Source: a bacterium
Lineage (GTDB): Bacteria; UBA8248
Assembly (NCBI GenBank): GCA_965221165.1
Contig: CBDCRP010000002.1
Span: 512,001 to 576,000, forward strand
Length of the DNA: 64,000 nucleotides
Direction of reading: 5' to 3'
Shown here: positions 9,514 to 19,572 of the stretch, in pieces
Position numbering within the stretch: position 1 is the first letter of the stretch
How the letters are laid out: each line of letters begins with the position of its first letter
Program-made: the position numbers and the translations under genes
The notes under the pieces: model-generated
What the model saw: only the letters and a program-made list of their open reading frames with translations
The model's database searches: none
Told to the model about the DNA's origin: nothing

Positions 9514-11298
9514 CTAGAGGGCCTCCTTGCGTTTCAGCGCTTCATCGACCAGGGCTGCCGGGTAGGACGCCCTGGCGTATTCGAGCGAAATTTTTCCGTC
9601 CGCGAGATCGATCGCCAATTCCTCCGGTGAATGCTCGGCCGGCTCGCCGTATCCACCGGCCCCGGCCGACTGGCACCTAAGCACCTCGCCCTCTCGCACA
9701 TCGTGGGGACCGCCCTTGCTCGGCAGCTTCGTTTCGTTCGCCTCCCCGGGATTTTTCAGATGAATTCCCAGGGCCCCCTCTTTCCCGCCGAAAAGGGGCC
9801 AGGGGGAAAAATCGTGCCGGTCGGCGTGGGCGATGAAGCCCGTGTCGCTGAGCATCCGGAAATCCTTGCGCGTGGCGAGTCCGCCCCGGCGGCGTCCCGC
9901 GCCGCCGCTGTCGGGCACGAGTTCGAAGCGCTCCACCCGGATGGGGTATTCACTCTCTAAAATCTCGACCGGCAGGTTCGGTATGTTGTTGGTGTGAATC
10001 TGGACGGCGTCCATGCCACTGCTCGTCTCGCGACCCCCCATGCCGCCGCCGATGCCGTCGATGCAGATGAAAGGCCTTTGCCGGATGGTATCGAAACCGT
10101 GGAGGTTGATGGAGGTGGTGCCGTGGCCGCAGGCGCACACGCGCTCGGGCGCCACCTTGGACATGACGCCGATGAGCAGGTCGGCCAGCCGCTGGCAGGT
10201 GGTGCCGCGCCCGCCCACGGGCGCGGGCGGGTTCGGGTTCACGATGCTCTCCTCGGGTGCAACAAGCCTCACCACGCGCTCGAAAGCCGCGTTCGACCAG
10301 AGTTCGGGGTCGATGGTCGCTTTGAGCGCGTAGGCGACGGTGGCGAACAACGCTTCGTAGACGACGTTTACGCCGCCCGTTCTTTGGTGGCTCGAACCCG
10401 TGAAGTCGAAAACCATGTGGGGCTCGGGGCGATGCGAGATGGTGAGCGTCACCTTCAGGGGAACCGGGCCAGGGACGTGGGCGTCGTCGTCGAGTTGATC
10501 CTCGAAATCCCATGTTCCTTCGGGCAGTTCCCTGATTTTCGAGCGAATCGTTCGCTCGTTGTAGTCGAGCACGCCCTCCACGAGTTCGAGAAAACGCTCG
10601 GCCCCGTATTTCTCGCTGAGTTCCTGGAGACGCCGGACGCCGAGCTGGTTGCACGCGGCCTGCGCGCGGAGGTCGGCCGGCCTGTCTTCTGAAAAGCGCA
10701 TGTTGAGGAGGATGAAGGAGAAGAGGTCTTCTTGCAGTTCGCCTTCTTTGAAGATTTTCATGGGCGGTATCCTCAAGCCCTCCTGGTATATCTCGTTGCA
10801 GCCCTCGGTCATCGCGGCGCCCGGCTTGATGCCGCCCACGTCGGGCCAGTGGCCCATGTTGGCGACGAAGCCGATGAGTCGTTTACCCTCGAACACCGGA
10901 GAGGCCACCGTGACGTCGGCGAGGTGGGTTCCGCCGCCGTGATAGGCGTCGTTCGCCAGAAAAGCGTCGCCGGGTTTGAGTTCCTCGAGCGGGTAGCGCT
11001 TCAAAATGTTGCGGATGATGCTCAGCATCGCGCCCAAATGCATGGGGATGTGCTCGGCCTGGGCGATGAGGCGGCCTTCGGCGTCGAATATGGCCGTCGA
11101 GGCGTCCTGGCGCTCCTTGATGTTCGTGGAATAGGCCGTGCGAATGAGCGCCGCGCCCATCTCCTCGGCCACCGAGAGCAGGGCGTTCGAGAATACCTCG
11201 AGCGCGACCGGATCGGGCACCGAGGAAGCGCGCCGCTTCATGGGTTTGCGGCGCGAGGCCGCTTTTTTCGAGATCGCTTTCAAACGTCCGGCTGGCAT
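9514..11298 (-). CDS. hydantoinase B/oxoprolinase subunit B
   Basis: RTAYSTNIKER, GTHLAD, HWPDVGG, QEGLRIPP and DSGGAGRRRGG. Confidence 0.93.
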   Translation of the reverse strand: MPAGRLKAISKKAASRRKPMKRRASSVPDPVALEVFSNALLSVAEEMGAALIRTAYSTNIKERQDASTAIFDAEGRLIAQAEHIPMHLGAMLSIIRNILKRYPLEELKPGDAFLANDAYHGGGTHLADVTVASPVFEGKRLIGFVANMGHWPDVGGIKPGAAMTEGCNEIYQEGLRIPPMKIFKEGELQEDLFSFILLNMRFSEDRPADLRAQAACNQLGVRRLQELSEKYGAERFLELVEGVLDYNERTIRSKIRELPEGTWDFEDQLDDDAHVPGPVPLKVTLTISHRPEPHMVFDFTGSSHQRTGGVNVVYEALFATVAYALKATIDPELWSNAAFERVVRLVAPEESIVNPNPPAPVGGRGTTCQRLADLLIGVMSKVAPERVCACGHGTTSINLHGFDTIRQRPFICIDGIGGGMGGRETSSGMDAVQIHTNNIPNLPVEILESEYPIRVERFELVPDSGGAGRRRGGLATRKDFRMLSDTGFIAHADRHDFSPWPLFGGKEGALGIHLKNPGEANETKLPSKGGPHDVREGEVLRCQSAGAGGYGEPAEHSPEELAIDLADGKISLEYARASYPAALVDEALKRKEAL

Positions 11299-11884
11299 GA
11301 AATTCTCTCTCCTTCACCTGGGTGGACTGGAAGGGCGAAAAGACGCGCTCCTCATCCGGCGACACGGGCTTTTCGATTTTTCGCTCAAACACGGCGTTTA
11401 GCGCGCGCGCGTTCACCGTCGAGACGCTTTGGAGGCGAACGAACCCAACTCACGGGACGCCCGGGTTTTTCGCTAAAACTTCAGGGGAAAACTCTCCGGG
11501 CGCGCTCCGCCTTTCCGGTGCGGCGTCGCGATGATACGGATATGACGGCTCGGGGTTTTCGAGAGGAAGTTTTACACGAGTTTCCGGCTTTTGAGCAAAG
11601 GGGTCGGGGGATCCGCGCAATCTATCCCCCCACGTTGATTTCAACTAGGATCCGTTCTTTGGTTTTTCTCCCGTCCGGTGAAAGAGAGCTGAGCAGATTG
11701 TTTACCGGCGGTTTTCCTAGAGTCTGGCTTGGATTGCGCGCCCATGGGGAATCGTGTTGTAATCTATTGGTCAATCACAATTCACTTCTTGATCTTTGCG
11801 GGGAATTTTCTACTGCTTCCGATGAAGGTATCGGGAGGCTTCCCCCGGAGAGGAATGCGCAACTGAACCGAATTTGGAGACGCC

Positions 11885-13147
11885 ATGGAAGATATTCCCT
11901 CCTGGGTCGACCAGGACGCCATGAACCTCGATGCGCGGCTGGATGAGCAGCACCGCTGGATAACCAGCCCGATGAACGCCCTGGCGATGCCGGATGCCGT
12001 GAACGCGCAGCCCCGACACATCGTCTTGCGTGACGACACGCTGCGCTCAGGCGCGAATACGCCCGGCGTTTATGCGAGCGTGGAGAAGAAGCTGCGGATT
12101 TCCGAACTGCTCGATGAGGCGGGCGTTCAGGAGGCCGAGGTGGGGTATGGCTCGCTGCCCGATGATCAGAAATTCGTTAGCGAACTCAAAAAACGCGGTT
12201 CCAAGATCATTTGCGGCATGCACGCGCGCTGCTGGCTCCCGAACTGGAAATCCGACATCGACGGCATCGCCGGTTGCGGGGCCGACATGGTGAATTTCGT
12301 GGGCATGCAGGGCTACACGATGACAGAAGCGCTCCACCCGACGCTCCGGGGCGAGTCGTTCCTTGTTCGCATGGAGGAGTGCATCGGCTATGCGAAGGAC
12401 AGGGGCCTCAAGGTGGGTTTCGGCACGGATCATCCACGCGCGGATATTATTCCCGAGACGATTCGCCGCGCCGTCGCCGCCGGCGTGGACAGGTGGGTCT
12501 GCTACGACCCGCGCGGGTGGTTCCTGCCGCAGACGATGGCGATGGTTGTTCACACCGTGCGGGCGGCGAGCGAGGACAAGATAGAGGTGTCCGTTCATGC
12601 GCATGACGATTTCGGCCTGGCCACGGCCATCACGTTCGAGGGCATCAGGGCGGGCGCCATGGCGTGTGACGTGTGCATCAACAGGACGGGGCATCGCTGC
12701 GGCAACGCGGGCTTCGAGCAGATAGCCGTGGGGCTGGAGTATTTCTTCGGGTATCGGACCGGAATCGACTTGAAGAAAATCACCGAGCTCAGCCGGCTCG
12801 TCTCTGAACTCTATGAGATTCCCGTCGCCGAGAACGCCCCGGTGGTGGGGCACAATATGTTCAGCTACGGCGGGCTCCACATTCCCGGCATTCTGCGCGG
12901 GGACTGGTTTTTGTGGGAGAACCTGCGCTCGGAGACCGTGGGCACCGGCAGGCACATCGTGTATGGACCCACTGCGCTTCAGAAAGGCTCCGACAGTCCC
13001 CTGGACGCCAAAGTAAATCAAATGGGCAAAAAGGCGGACGAGGCCCAGATGGACCGGATCATCTCGGGCGTTCGGGCGTTGATCGAAGAGAAGAGCTTGG
13101 CGACCGACGCGGAAGTCGAGCGGATTATCAGCCGCGTCATGGGGTAG
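11885..13147 (+). CDS. DRE-TIM metallolyase fold protein (LeuA/homocitrate synthase-like) with atypical active site
   Basis: DDTLRSGANTPG, HAHDDFGLA, GHRCGNA and APVVGHNMF; no C-terminal regulatory domain. Confidence 0.82.
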   Translation: MEDIPSWVDQDAMNLDARLDEQHRWITSPMNALAMPDAVNAQPRHIVLRDDTLRSGANTPGVYASVEKKLRISELLDEAGVQEAEVGYGSLPDDQKFVSELKKRGSKIICGMHARCWLPNWKSDIDGIAGCGADMVNFVGMQGYTMTEALHPTLRGESFLVRMEECIGYAKDRGLKVGFGTDHPRADIIPETIRRAVAAGVDRWVCYDPRGWFLPQTMAMVVHTVRAASEDKIEVSVHAHDDFGLATAITFEGIRAGAMACDVCINRTGHRCGNAGFEQIAVGLEYFFGYRTGIDLKKITELSRLVSELYEIPVAENAPVVGHNMFSYGGLHIPGILRGDWFLWENLRSETVGTGRHIVYGPTALQKGSDSPLDAKVNQMGKKADEAQMDRIISGVRALIEEKSLATDAEVERIISRVMG

Positions 13148-13202
13148 CGACGATGGCGCGGCTGCTCTCATAGGCCGAGGGTAGGGCGAGAGGCGGAGTT
13201 TC

Positions 13203-14933
13203 ATGGCCGAAACAGTTGTTCAGAACCCAGGAGGGGCGCTCGAGCGCTATTTCCACGCGCCGCTCAGAAGGCTGCGCGCGGCGGGCGTCACGCCGTTCGA
13301 GGTCGTCACGATCGTTGTGATGACGGTGCTGGTTCTGTGGTTCGTCCTGGCTCCCGTTCTCAATCTGTTCTACGGCGCGTTCCAGTCCCAGCCTCCCGGG
13401 GAGGGAGGCGTGTGGACGCTCGAGCACTTCCGCGTCGTTTTCGGCAATCCGGGCTACTGGCGCACGGTGGGCAGAACCCTGCTGGTCGGTTTCGGCGTGG
13501 TCTTTCTGGCGACGATCATCGGCTCGCCCCTGGCCTGGCTGGTCGTGAAGACCGACATGCGCGGAAAGCGCTGGGTGGAGCTTTCGGCAATTCTTCCGTT
13601 TTTCACCAGCACCTTCGTCGGCGCGCTCGCCTGGATTTTGCTGGGAAACCCCACCAACGGGATGGTCAAGCTCTGGACGGGACTTCCCATCAACGTCTAC
13701 TCCGTCTGGGGGATCATCTGGGTCTCGGGCATATACATGGCGCCTTATATGTTTCTGTTCACTTCGGCGGCGCTCCGCTCCGTGGACACGACGTATGAGG
13801 AGGCCTCGTTCATGTCGGGGGCGGGCTTGTTCCGCACCCTGACGCGGGTGACGTTTCCGGTCATTCTTCCCGCCATCCTCTCAGGCATGACGCTCGTGTT
13901 CGTCATTACGATGGGGATCTTCGGCGTGGCGGCCATTTTGGGTTTTCCGGCGCGGATCGTGGTGCTGGCGACGGATATTTTCGCAAAATCGGTTTTCGCC
14001 CCGCCCCTGTACGGAGAGGCGACCGTCGCCGCCCTTACGCTGATGGCCATCACCGCCGTTTGCATCCTTTTGCAGCGGTGGATTCTCAGAAAAGGCTCCT
14101 ACGCCCTGGTGAGCGGGCGGGGATTTCGCCTCAAGCTCTACTCTCTCGGCCGCCTGACGCCCTTCGCCTATTTGTTCACGGCGCTCTACGCCCTGCTGGC
14201 CGTCATCCTGCCCGGGCTGGTTCTCATCAAGGTCAGCATGCAGCCCTACGCCACGCCCAAATTCGGGTTGTGGACACTGGAGAACTGGGAGGTCTTTTTC
14301 ACGAACCCCGATTTACTCGACTCCTTCATCCGCTCGATGTATCTCTCCACGGGCGGGGCGACCATCAGCGTGCTCATGACGGCCGTCATCGCCTACATCA
14401 TCCACAAGAGCAAGGCGCCCGGCCGCGGCATTCTCGAGCAGGTGAGCGTCATGCCTGTGGGAATTCCCGGAATCGTCATGGGCCTGGGGATGATATGGGC
14501 GTATATCCAGTGGCCGATTTGGGCGACCGTCTGGATTCTCGTCGTCGCGTACCTGACCCTGTTCATGCCCTACGGCGTCCGCGCCCTGGGGGCGAACGTG
14601 GTGCAGGTTCACGGAGAACTCGAGGAGAGCAGCCGGGTTCACGGGGGGAGTTGGTTCCTCACTTTCCGGAGAATCATCTTCCCCCTATTGCGCCCGGGCA
14701 TTTATTCCACCTGGATTTTGCTGTTCATTATTTTCCTGCGCGAAATATCCACGGCGGTTCTCCTGACCACGCATGAGACGCGCGTTCTGCCCGTTTTGAT
14801 CTTCGAGCAGTGGACGGACGGTGAGTTGAACATCATGTGCGCGGGCGCATTGCTTCTGACGGCGATCATGTTCGTCGTCATTTCCGTGTTCAAGTGGGTT
14901 TTCAAGGTGGATGTAACCCCCGTCTACCGATAG
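13203..14933 (+). CDS. ABC transporter permease, fused double-domain FbpB-like
   Basis: Many TM helices and two EAA loops (YEEASFMSGA, LEESSRVHGG). Confidence 0.92.
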   Translation: MAETVVQNPGGALERYFHAPLRRLRAAGVTPFEVVTIVVMTVLVLWFVLAPVLNLFYGAFQSQPPGEGGVWTLEHFRVVFGNPGYWRTVGRTLLVGFGVVFLATIIGSPLAWLVVKTDMRGKRWVELSAILPFFTSTFVGALAWILLGNPTNGMVKLWTGLPINVYSVWGIIWVSGIYMAPYMFLFTSAALRSVDTTYEEASFMSGAGLFRTLTRVTFPVILPAILSGMTLVFVITMGIFGVAAILGFPARIVVLATDIFAKSVFAPPLYGEATVAALTLMAITAVCILLQRWILRKGSYALVSGRGFRLKLYSLGRLTPFAYLFTALYALLAVILPGLVLIKVSMQPYATPKFGLWTLENWEVFFTNPDLLDSFIRSMYLSTGGATISVLMTAVIAYIIHKSKAPGRGILEQVSVMPVGIPGIVMGLGMIWAYIQWPIWATVWILVVAYLTLFMPYGVRALGANVVQVHGELEESSRVHGGSWFLTFRRIIFPLLRPGIYSTWILLFIIFLREISTAVLLTTHETRVLPVLIFEQWTDGELNIMCAGALLLTAIMFVVISVFKWVFKVDVTPVYR

Positions 14934-14948
14934 TGGAGGAGAGGTTCC

Positions 14949-16028
14949 TTGCCATCGCTGACCATCGAGAATCTATCGAAACACTTCGACGAAGTGCGTG
15001 CGGTGGATGACCTCGACCTGGAAGTCGAAGAAGGGGAGATGCTGACCCTCCTCGGCCCGAGCGGGTGCGGCAAAACGACGACGCTCCGGTGCATCGCGGG
15101 CCTCGAGCGGCCGACCGCCGGGCGCATCATTCTCGGCGAGGGTGTCGTCACCGATATCGATGGCGGCGTTTTCGTCCTGCCCGAAAAGCGCGAAATGGGC
15201 ATGGTTTTCCAATCCTACGCTGTTTGGCCGCACATGACGCTGTTCGAGAACGTCGCCTATCCGCTCCGGGCACGGGGCATGCCGCGTGGAGAGCTTTCCG
15301 GGAAAGTCATGAACGCGCTCAAACTCGTTCAGCTCGACGGCATGGAGCACCGCTACTCCACCCAGATAAGCGGCGGCCAGCAACAGCGCGTCGCCCTCGC
15401 GCGGAGTCTGGTTTCAGAACCCTCCCTGCTGTTGTTCGACGAACCCCTGAGCAACCTCGACGCGAATCTGCGCGTGCAGATGCGCCTCGAGATTCGGGAG
15501 CTGCAGGAGAGGCTGAATTTCACGGCCGTTTACGTCACCCACGATCAGACGGAGGCCATGGCGCTCTCGGATCGCATCGCCATCATGGATCACGGAGTAC
15601 TGCAGCAGATCGCCGACCCGCGTGAAATCTACAATCGGCCCCAGAACCGCTTCGTCGCCAGTTTCATGGGAACCACGAATCTTTTCGAGGGTGCGAAGAA
15701 GGGGGCGGGAGGCGAATCGCTCGTTCTCTCGGGTGAGGGAATCGAGATTTCCGTCGGCGATCAGCACATGCCGGATGAGGAGAAGGTATACGTCTCGATT
15801 CGGCCCGAGGCGCTCTCGTTGTCTGCTTCGCCGGATGGGGGCGATTCCCCGAATCAGTGGAAAGGCAGAGTGGTTCATTCTACTTTCCTGGGGGAGTCGA
15901 CCATATTTTCGGTCGAAGTTTCCGGAAAAGCGCTCGAGATACATGCAGAACCAACACAGGTGTTCGAAACGGGTCAGGAGGTAGTCGTCTCCGCGGAGCC
16001 GGAGCGATGCGTCGTCGTTGAATCGTAG
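14949..16028 (+). CDS. ABC transporter ATP-binding protein (FbpC/PotA-like)
   Basis: GPSGCGKT, ISGGQQQR, LLFDEP, VTHDQ and a C-terminal TOBE-like region; TTG start after GGAGGAG. Confidence 0.94.
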   Translation: MPSLTIENLSKHFDEVRAVDDLDLEVEEGEMLTLLGPSGCGKTTTLRCIAGLERPTAGRIILGEGVVTDIDGGVFVLPEKREMGMVFQSYAVWPHMTLFENVAYPLRARGMPRGELSGKVMNALKLVQLDGMEHRYSTQISGGQQQRVALARSLVSEPSLLLFDEPLSNLDANLRVQMRLEIRELQERLNFTAVYVTHDQTEAMALSDRIAIMDHGVLQQIADPREIYNRPQNRFVASFMGTTNLFEGAKKGAGGESLVLSGEGIEISVGDQHMPDEEKVYVSIRPEALSLSASPDGGDSPNQWKGRVVHSTFLGESTIFSVEVSGKALEIHAEPTQVFETGQEVVVSAEPERCVVVES

Positions 16029-16055
16029 CTGTCTTCTCAATCTCAAAGGAGGTGC

Positions 16056-17102
16056 ATGATGAAGAAGTGGACAATCCCTATCATTTGTCTGGGGCTATCG
16101 GTGGGCCTGGCGGCGAGCGCCGCGCACGGCGCCGACAAGGAAACGCTCAAAATGGCGGCCGGCACCAAAGGCGGGCAGGTCATCGTGTACAACATCATTT
16201 TCAAGCCCGCCCAGCGGAAACTGAACAAGGCGTTCAACAAGAAATTCGCCAAGTACGGGATCAAAGCGAAGATGATCCGGAGCCAATCCGGTAAAATCGC
16301 CAATCTCTACAAGCAGGAACTGAGGGCCGGGAAGGTGCGCATGGACGCCATCTCCACGGCCGATCCGGGAATGTTCCTGAGCTTCAACAGAAAAAACCAG
16401 CTCACCCGTTATTGCAGCCCGCACTACAAGGACTATCGAGACTGGGGCGTGGCAAAGGATTGCGGCTACTTCTACCACACCTCCTGGCTGCAATACATTT
16501 CCTACAACCCTGAACTCGTGAAGGGCGGCGACATTCCCAATAGCTGGCTCGATTTCCACAAGCCCAAGTGGAAGGGCAAGATCAGCTTCGGCGACCCGAA
16601 GATCGGCGGCGGGCACTACTACTTCGTGTTCACGATGTACAAGCTCTTCGGGCGCGACTGGTTCATCAAGACGCGCGACAACGGCGCCATGATGGTGCGC
16701 AGCCACGGCACTACGAACAACAAGGTGAAATCGGGCGAGCGCCACTTCGGCGTGAATCTCTCCATGCTCGTTCGCCGTGACGGCCCCTACCCGGGTGGTA
16801 AGGGCGCACCCATCAAAGAGGTGTTCCCCAAAGAAGGCGGCGCACTGCTCGTCGCTCCCATGGCGATCACCAAGGGCGGACCCAACCCCGCCGGCGCAAA
16901 AGTGCTGATCGAATGGCTCTCGAGCCTCGAGGGCCAGAAGGTGGTTTCCGACAAGGGCAAGTTTTCTCTGCGCAAGGATTTCACCAGCGTAGAGGGAGCC
17001 AAGCTCTCCGACTTCAAATACCACTGGTGGGACCCGAACGAGATGGACAAGATGCGGGACAAATGGACCAAGGACTCGCTGAAGATACTGACCGGCAACT
17101 AA
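16056..17102 (+). CDS. ABC transporter periplasmic substrate-binding protein
   Basis: Signal peptide ending AHG-A, P.SW.D...PKWKGKI, GPNPAGAK; AGGAGG RBS. Confidence 0.9.
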   Translation: MMKKWTIPIICLGLSVGLAASAAHGADKETLKMAAGTKGGQVIVYNIIFKPAQRKLNKAFNKKFAKYGIKAKMIRSQSGKIANLYKQELRAGKVRMDAISTADPGMFLSFNRKNQLTRYCSPHYKDYRDWGVAKDCGYFYHTSWLQYISYNPELVKGGDIPNSWLDFHKPKWKGKISFGDPKIGGGHYYFVFTMYKLFGRDWFIKTRDNGAMMVRSHGTTNNKVKSGERHFGVNLSMLVRRDGPYPGGKGAPIKEVFPKEGGALLVAPMAITKGGPNPAGAKVLIEWLSSLEGQKVVSDKGKFSLRKDFTSVEGAKLSDFKYHWWDPNEMDKMRDKWTKDSLKILTGN

Positions 17103-17125
17103 TTTCACTTGATGGATGAAACGGC

Positions 17126-17166
17126 GCGCCGCGTCCGCTCAGATGCGGGCGCGGCGGCGTTTTTTA
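17126..17166 (+). terminator. GC-rich hairpin followed by T-run (terminator or mRNA-stabilising stem after the SBP gene)
   Basis: cgccgcgtccgc-tcagat-gcgggcgcggcg, then gcgttttttat. Confidence 0.6.
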
Positions 17167-17184
17167 TCGCACACAAGGGATACG

Positions 17185-18573
17185 ATGAATCGCTCGAAAC
17201 AACTTGCCGGATTCATGTCGGGGCTGTGCCTGGAGGATATGCCCAAGGAGATACCCGATTTTCTGAAGCTCTGCCTGCTGGATCACTTAGGCTGCGCGCT
17301 GGGGGCTCTGGGAACCGAGGAGGCGGGCGTTCACCTGCGCGCCGCCGAAGCGGCTTCGGGAAGCGGGCCCTGTACGATCATCGGCCGGGATTTCGGGGCC
17401 GACCCGGCCACCGCCGCTCTCACGAACGGCATTCTTGCCCACGTCCTGATTTTTGACGATCTGCATCGTAAATCCAAACTACATCCCGGCGTGGCCGTGA
17501 TCCCGGCGGCTCTGGCCGCCTGTGAGCTTGGGGGAGCGGACGGAAAAACATTTCTGGAAGCAATATCGGCAGGTTATGAAACGGCGGCGCGGGTGGGCAT
17601 GGCTGTCAACATGGCCGAGCATCGCCTGAAGGGATGGCGCGCCACGGGCACGTGCGGCTCTTTCGGGGCGGCGGCGGCCGCATCGCGCGCCATGAATCAT
17701 TCGCCCGAAACCCTGCACCACGCCATCGCAGCGGCGGCGGGGCAGGCTTCGGGTAATTTCGCCTTCACGCAAGGATCGGGCATGGAGCTTTACCTGGCGG
17801 CGGGAACGGCCGCCAGAAACGGCGTTGTCTCGGCACTTCTGGCTGGGGGAGGCTTCAGAGGCTCCTCCGATCCCATTGAAGCCGCCGATGGGGGCTTTTT
17901 CTCCATGACCACCAGGGACCCGAGACCCGAGATTCTGATTGACGGCTTGGGCGATCGGTATTGGCTCATGGACACCTCCATCAAACTCTACCCCACCTGC
18001 CACAGCAGCCAGACGGGCATCGACGCCGCACTCTTTGCCCGCCAAAAGCATGGCCTGAGGCTCGAGGACGTCGAGCGCACCTCGATTCGGGCCGGTGAGA
18101 TAACGAAAATCCAGTGCGGCTGGGATTACGAACCGGGTCCTCCCGCCAAGATGATCTTTCACATGGGATACGCCATGGCGGTTGCGCTGAAGCGGGGCAA
18201 GGTTTCGCCGTCTGATTTAGAGGGCGAATCCTTACACGATCCGGAACTGGTGCGATTCGCCAAAGCCACGCAGGTGGAGGCCGACCCGGAACTCACGGCG
18301 ATTTACCATGAGAAAAAACCGTGCGACGTGACGTTTCATCTCAAAGATGGCAGTCGACTTCACGAACGCGTCGAATACTGCCGGGGCGATCCGGAAAACA
18401 GGCCCACCGAGGAGGCGGTCGTCGAGAAATTCCGTGATCTTACAGCACCCGTGCTTGTACCGGGGAGTCAGGACGCCATCATCGATTTCGTGATGAATGT
18501 CGAGGAGCAGCCCGGTCTCTCGCGACTGAGGGAACTGACAACCCTAAAGGAAACCCAGGCGGTGGGAAGCTAA
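17185..18573 (+). CDS. MmgE/PrpD family protein
   Basis: AALTNGILAHVLIFDDLH..HPG, GYE, KLYPTC and RGDPENR. Confidence 0.9.
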   Translation: MNRSKQLAGFMSGLCLEDMPKEIPDFLKLCLLDHLGCALGALGTEEAGVHLRAAEAASGSGPCTIIGRDFGADPATAALTNGILAHVLIFDDLHRKSKLHPGVAVIPAALAACELGGADGKTFLEAISAGYETAARVGMAVNMAEHRLKGWRATGTCGSFGAAAAASRAMNHSPETLHHAIAAAAGQASGNFAFTQGSGMELYLAAGTAARNGVVSALLAGGGFRGSSDPIEAADGGFFSMTTRDPRPEILIDGLGDRYWLMDTSIKLYPTCHSSQTGIDAALFARQKHGLRLEDVERTSIRAGEITKIQCGWDYEPGPPAKMIFHMGYAMAVALKRGKVSPSDLEGESLHDPELVRFAKATQVEADPELTAIYHEKKPCDVTFHLKDGSRLHERVEYCRGDPENRPTEEAVVEKFRDLTAPVLVPGSQDAIIDFVMNVEEQPGLSRLRELTTLKETQAVGS

Positions 18574-18624
18574 AAAATTAAAAGAACGTAAAATCCGAGA
18601 GGTTCATATTTCGCCGTATAGGAG

Positions 18625-19536
18625 ATGCAAATGGCCATACGCCGCAACACCACCAAGTTTCGCGCCCTGCTGAGAAGGGGAAATTTCATCTTCATGCCCG
18701 TCGCCTACGATCCCATCGGGGGCAGGCTGGTGGAGAGCCTGGGCTTCAAGGCGACCTATACGGGTGGTTTCGTGACGGGTGGTTCACGCTGCATCACCGA
18801 GCCGATGGTGACGATGCGCGAGCAGGTGGACGTGGCCGGAGACGTCGCGAACGCGGTGAAAATACCCACTCTCGCAGACGGCGGGGCGGGCTTCGGCGAG
18901 CCGATGCACACCATGCGTGCCGTGCGGGAGTTCATTCGCGCGGGCGTGGCCGGGATTCATATCGAGGATCAGCTCTACCCCAAACGCGCGCACTACCATA
19001 AATACGTCGCGCACGCGATTCCGACCAGGGAATTCGTCGACAAGATCAAGATGGCGTGTCGCCAGCGAGACGAGACGGACAAGGATTTCGTCATCATCGC
19101 GCGCTCGGATACGGCTCGCTTCAGGGGCATCGCCGAGGCGGTCAGGCGCGTGAACATGGCCGCCGACGTGGGCGCGGATATGGGTCTCGTCTTTCCCCGG
19201 AACCACAAGGAAGCCCTCGCCGCTCCCCAAAAGTCCAAGATTCCCCTGGTCTACGTCCAAAGCCGGGGCAACCGGGACGGGAGGCCGCTCTACTCGGAAT
19301 CCCAGATGGCGGAGATGGGCTACGTCGCCTGCATCGACGCCATTTTATATCTCACCGCCAGTTTCCATTTCATGAAAAAGGCCTTACAGGAAGTGCACAA
19401 AACGGGCGATTACACGGGCATGACGCATGAGGAGTTCATGGCCGCCCGCCAGGATATAGAGGATTTGATCGGTCTCGAGGGCTTCTATGAGATTGAGGAA
19501 GAGACGGTGGAGAAGAAAAAATGGGGTAAACGCTAG
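18625..19536 (+). CDS. isocitrate lyase/PEP mutase superfamily protein with atypical gating loop
   Basis: ADGGAGFG, GIHIEDQ and IIARSD; KRAHY where ICL/PrpB have K(K/R)CGH. Confidence 0.88.
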   Translation: MQMAIRRNTTKFRALLRRGNFIFMPVAYDPIGGRLVESLGFKATYTGGFVTGGSRCITEPMVTMREQVDVAGDVANAVKIPTLADGGAGFGEPMHTMRAVREFIRAGVAGIHIEDQLYPKRAHYHKYVAHAIPTREFVDKIKMACRQRDETDKDFVIIARSDTARFRGIAEAVRRVNMAADVGADMGLVFPRNHKEALAAPQKSKIPLVYVQSRGNRDGRPLYSESQMAEMGYVACIDAILYLTASFHFMKKALQEVHKTGDYTGMTHEEFMAARQDIEDLIGLEGFYEIEEETVEKKKWGKR

Positions 19537-19572
19537 GGAGCGGTTTTTGAGGAAAAAGAGGAGCATTAGACC

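Noticed and set aside
10732-11946. 404-aa ORF crossing the long intergenic gap
   Set aside because: Half is antisense to hyuB, the rest has no recognisable features, and it overlaps the next gene out of frame
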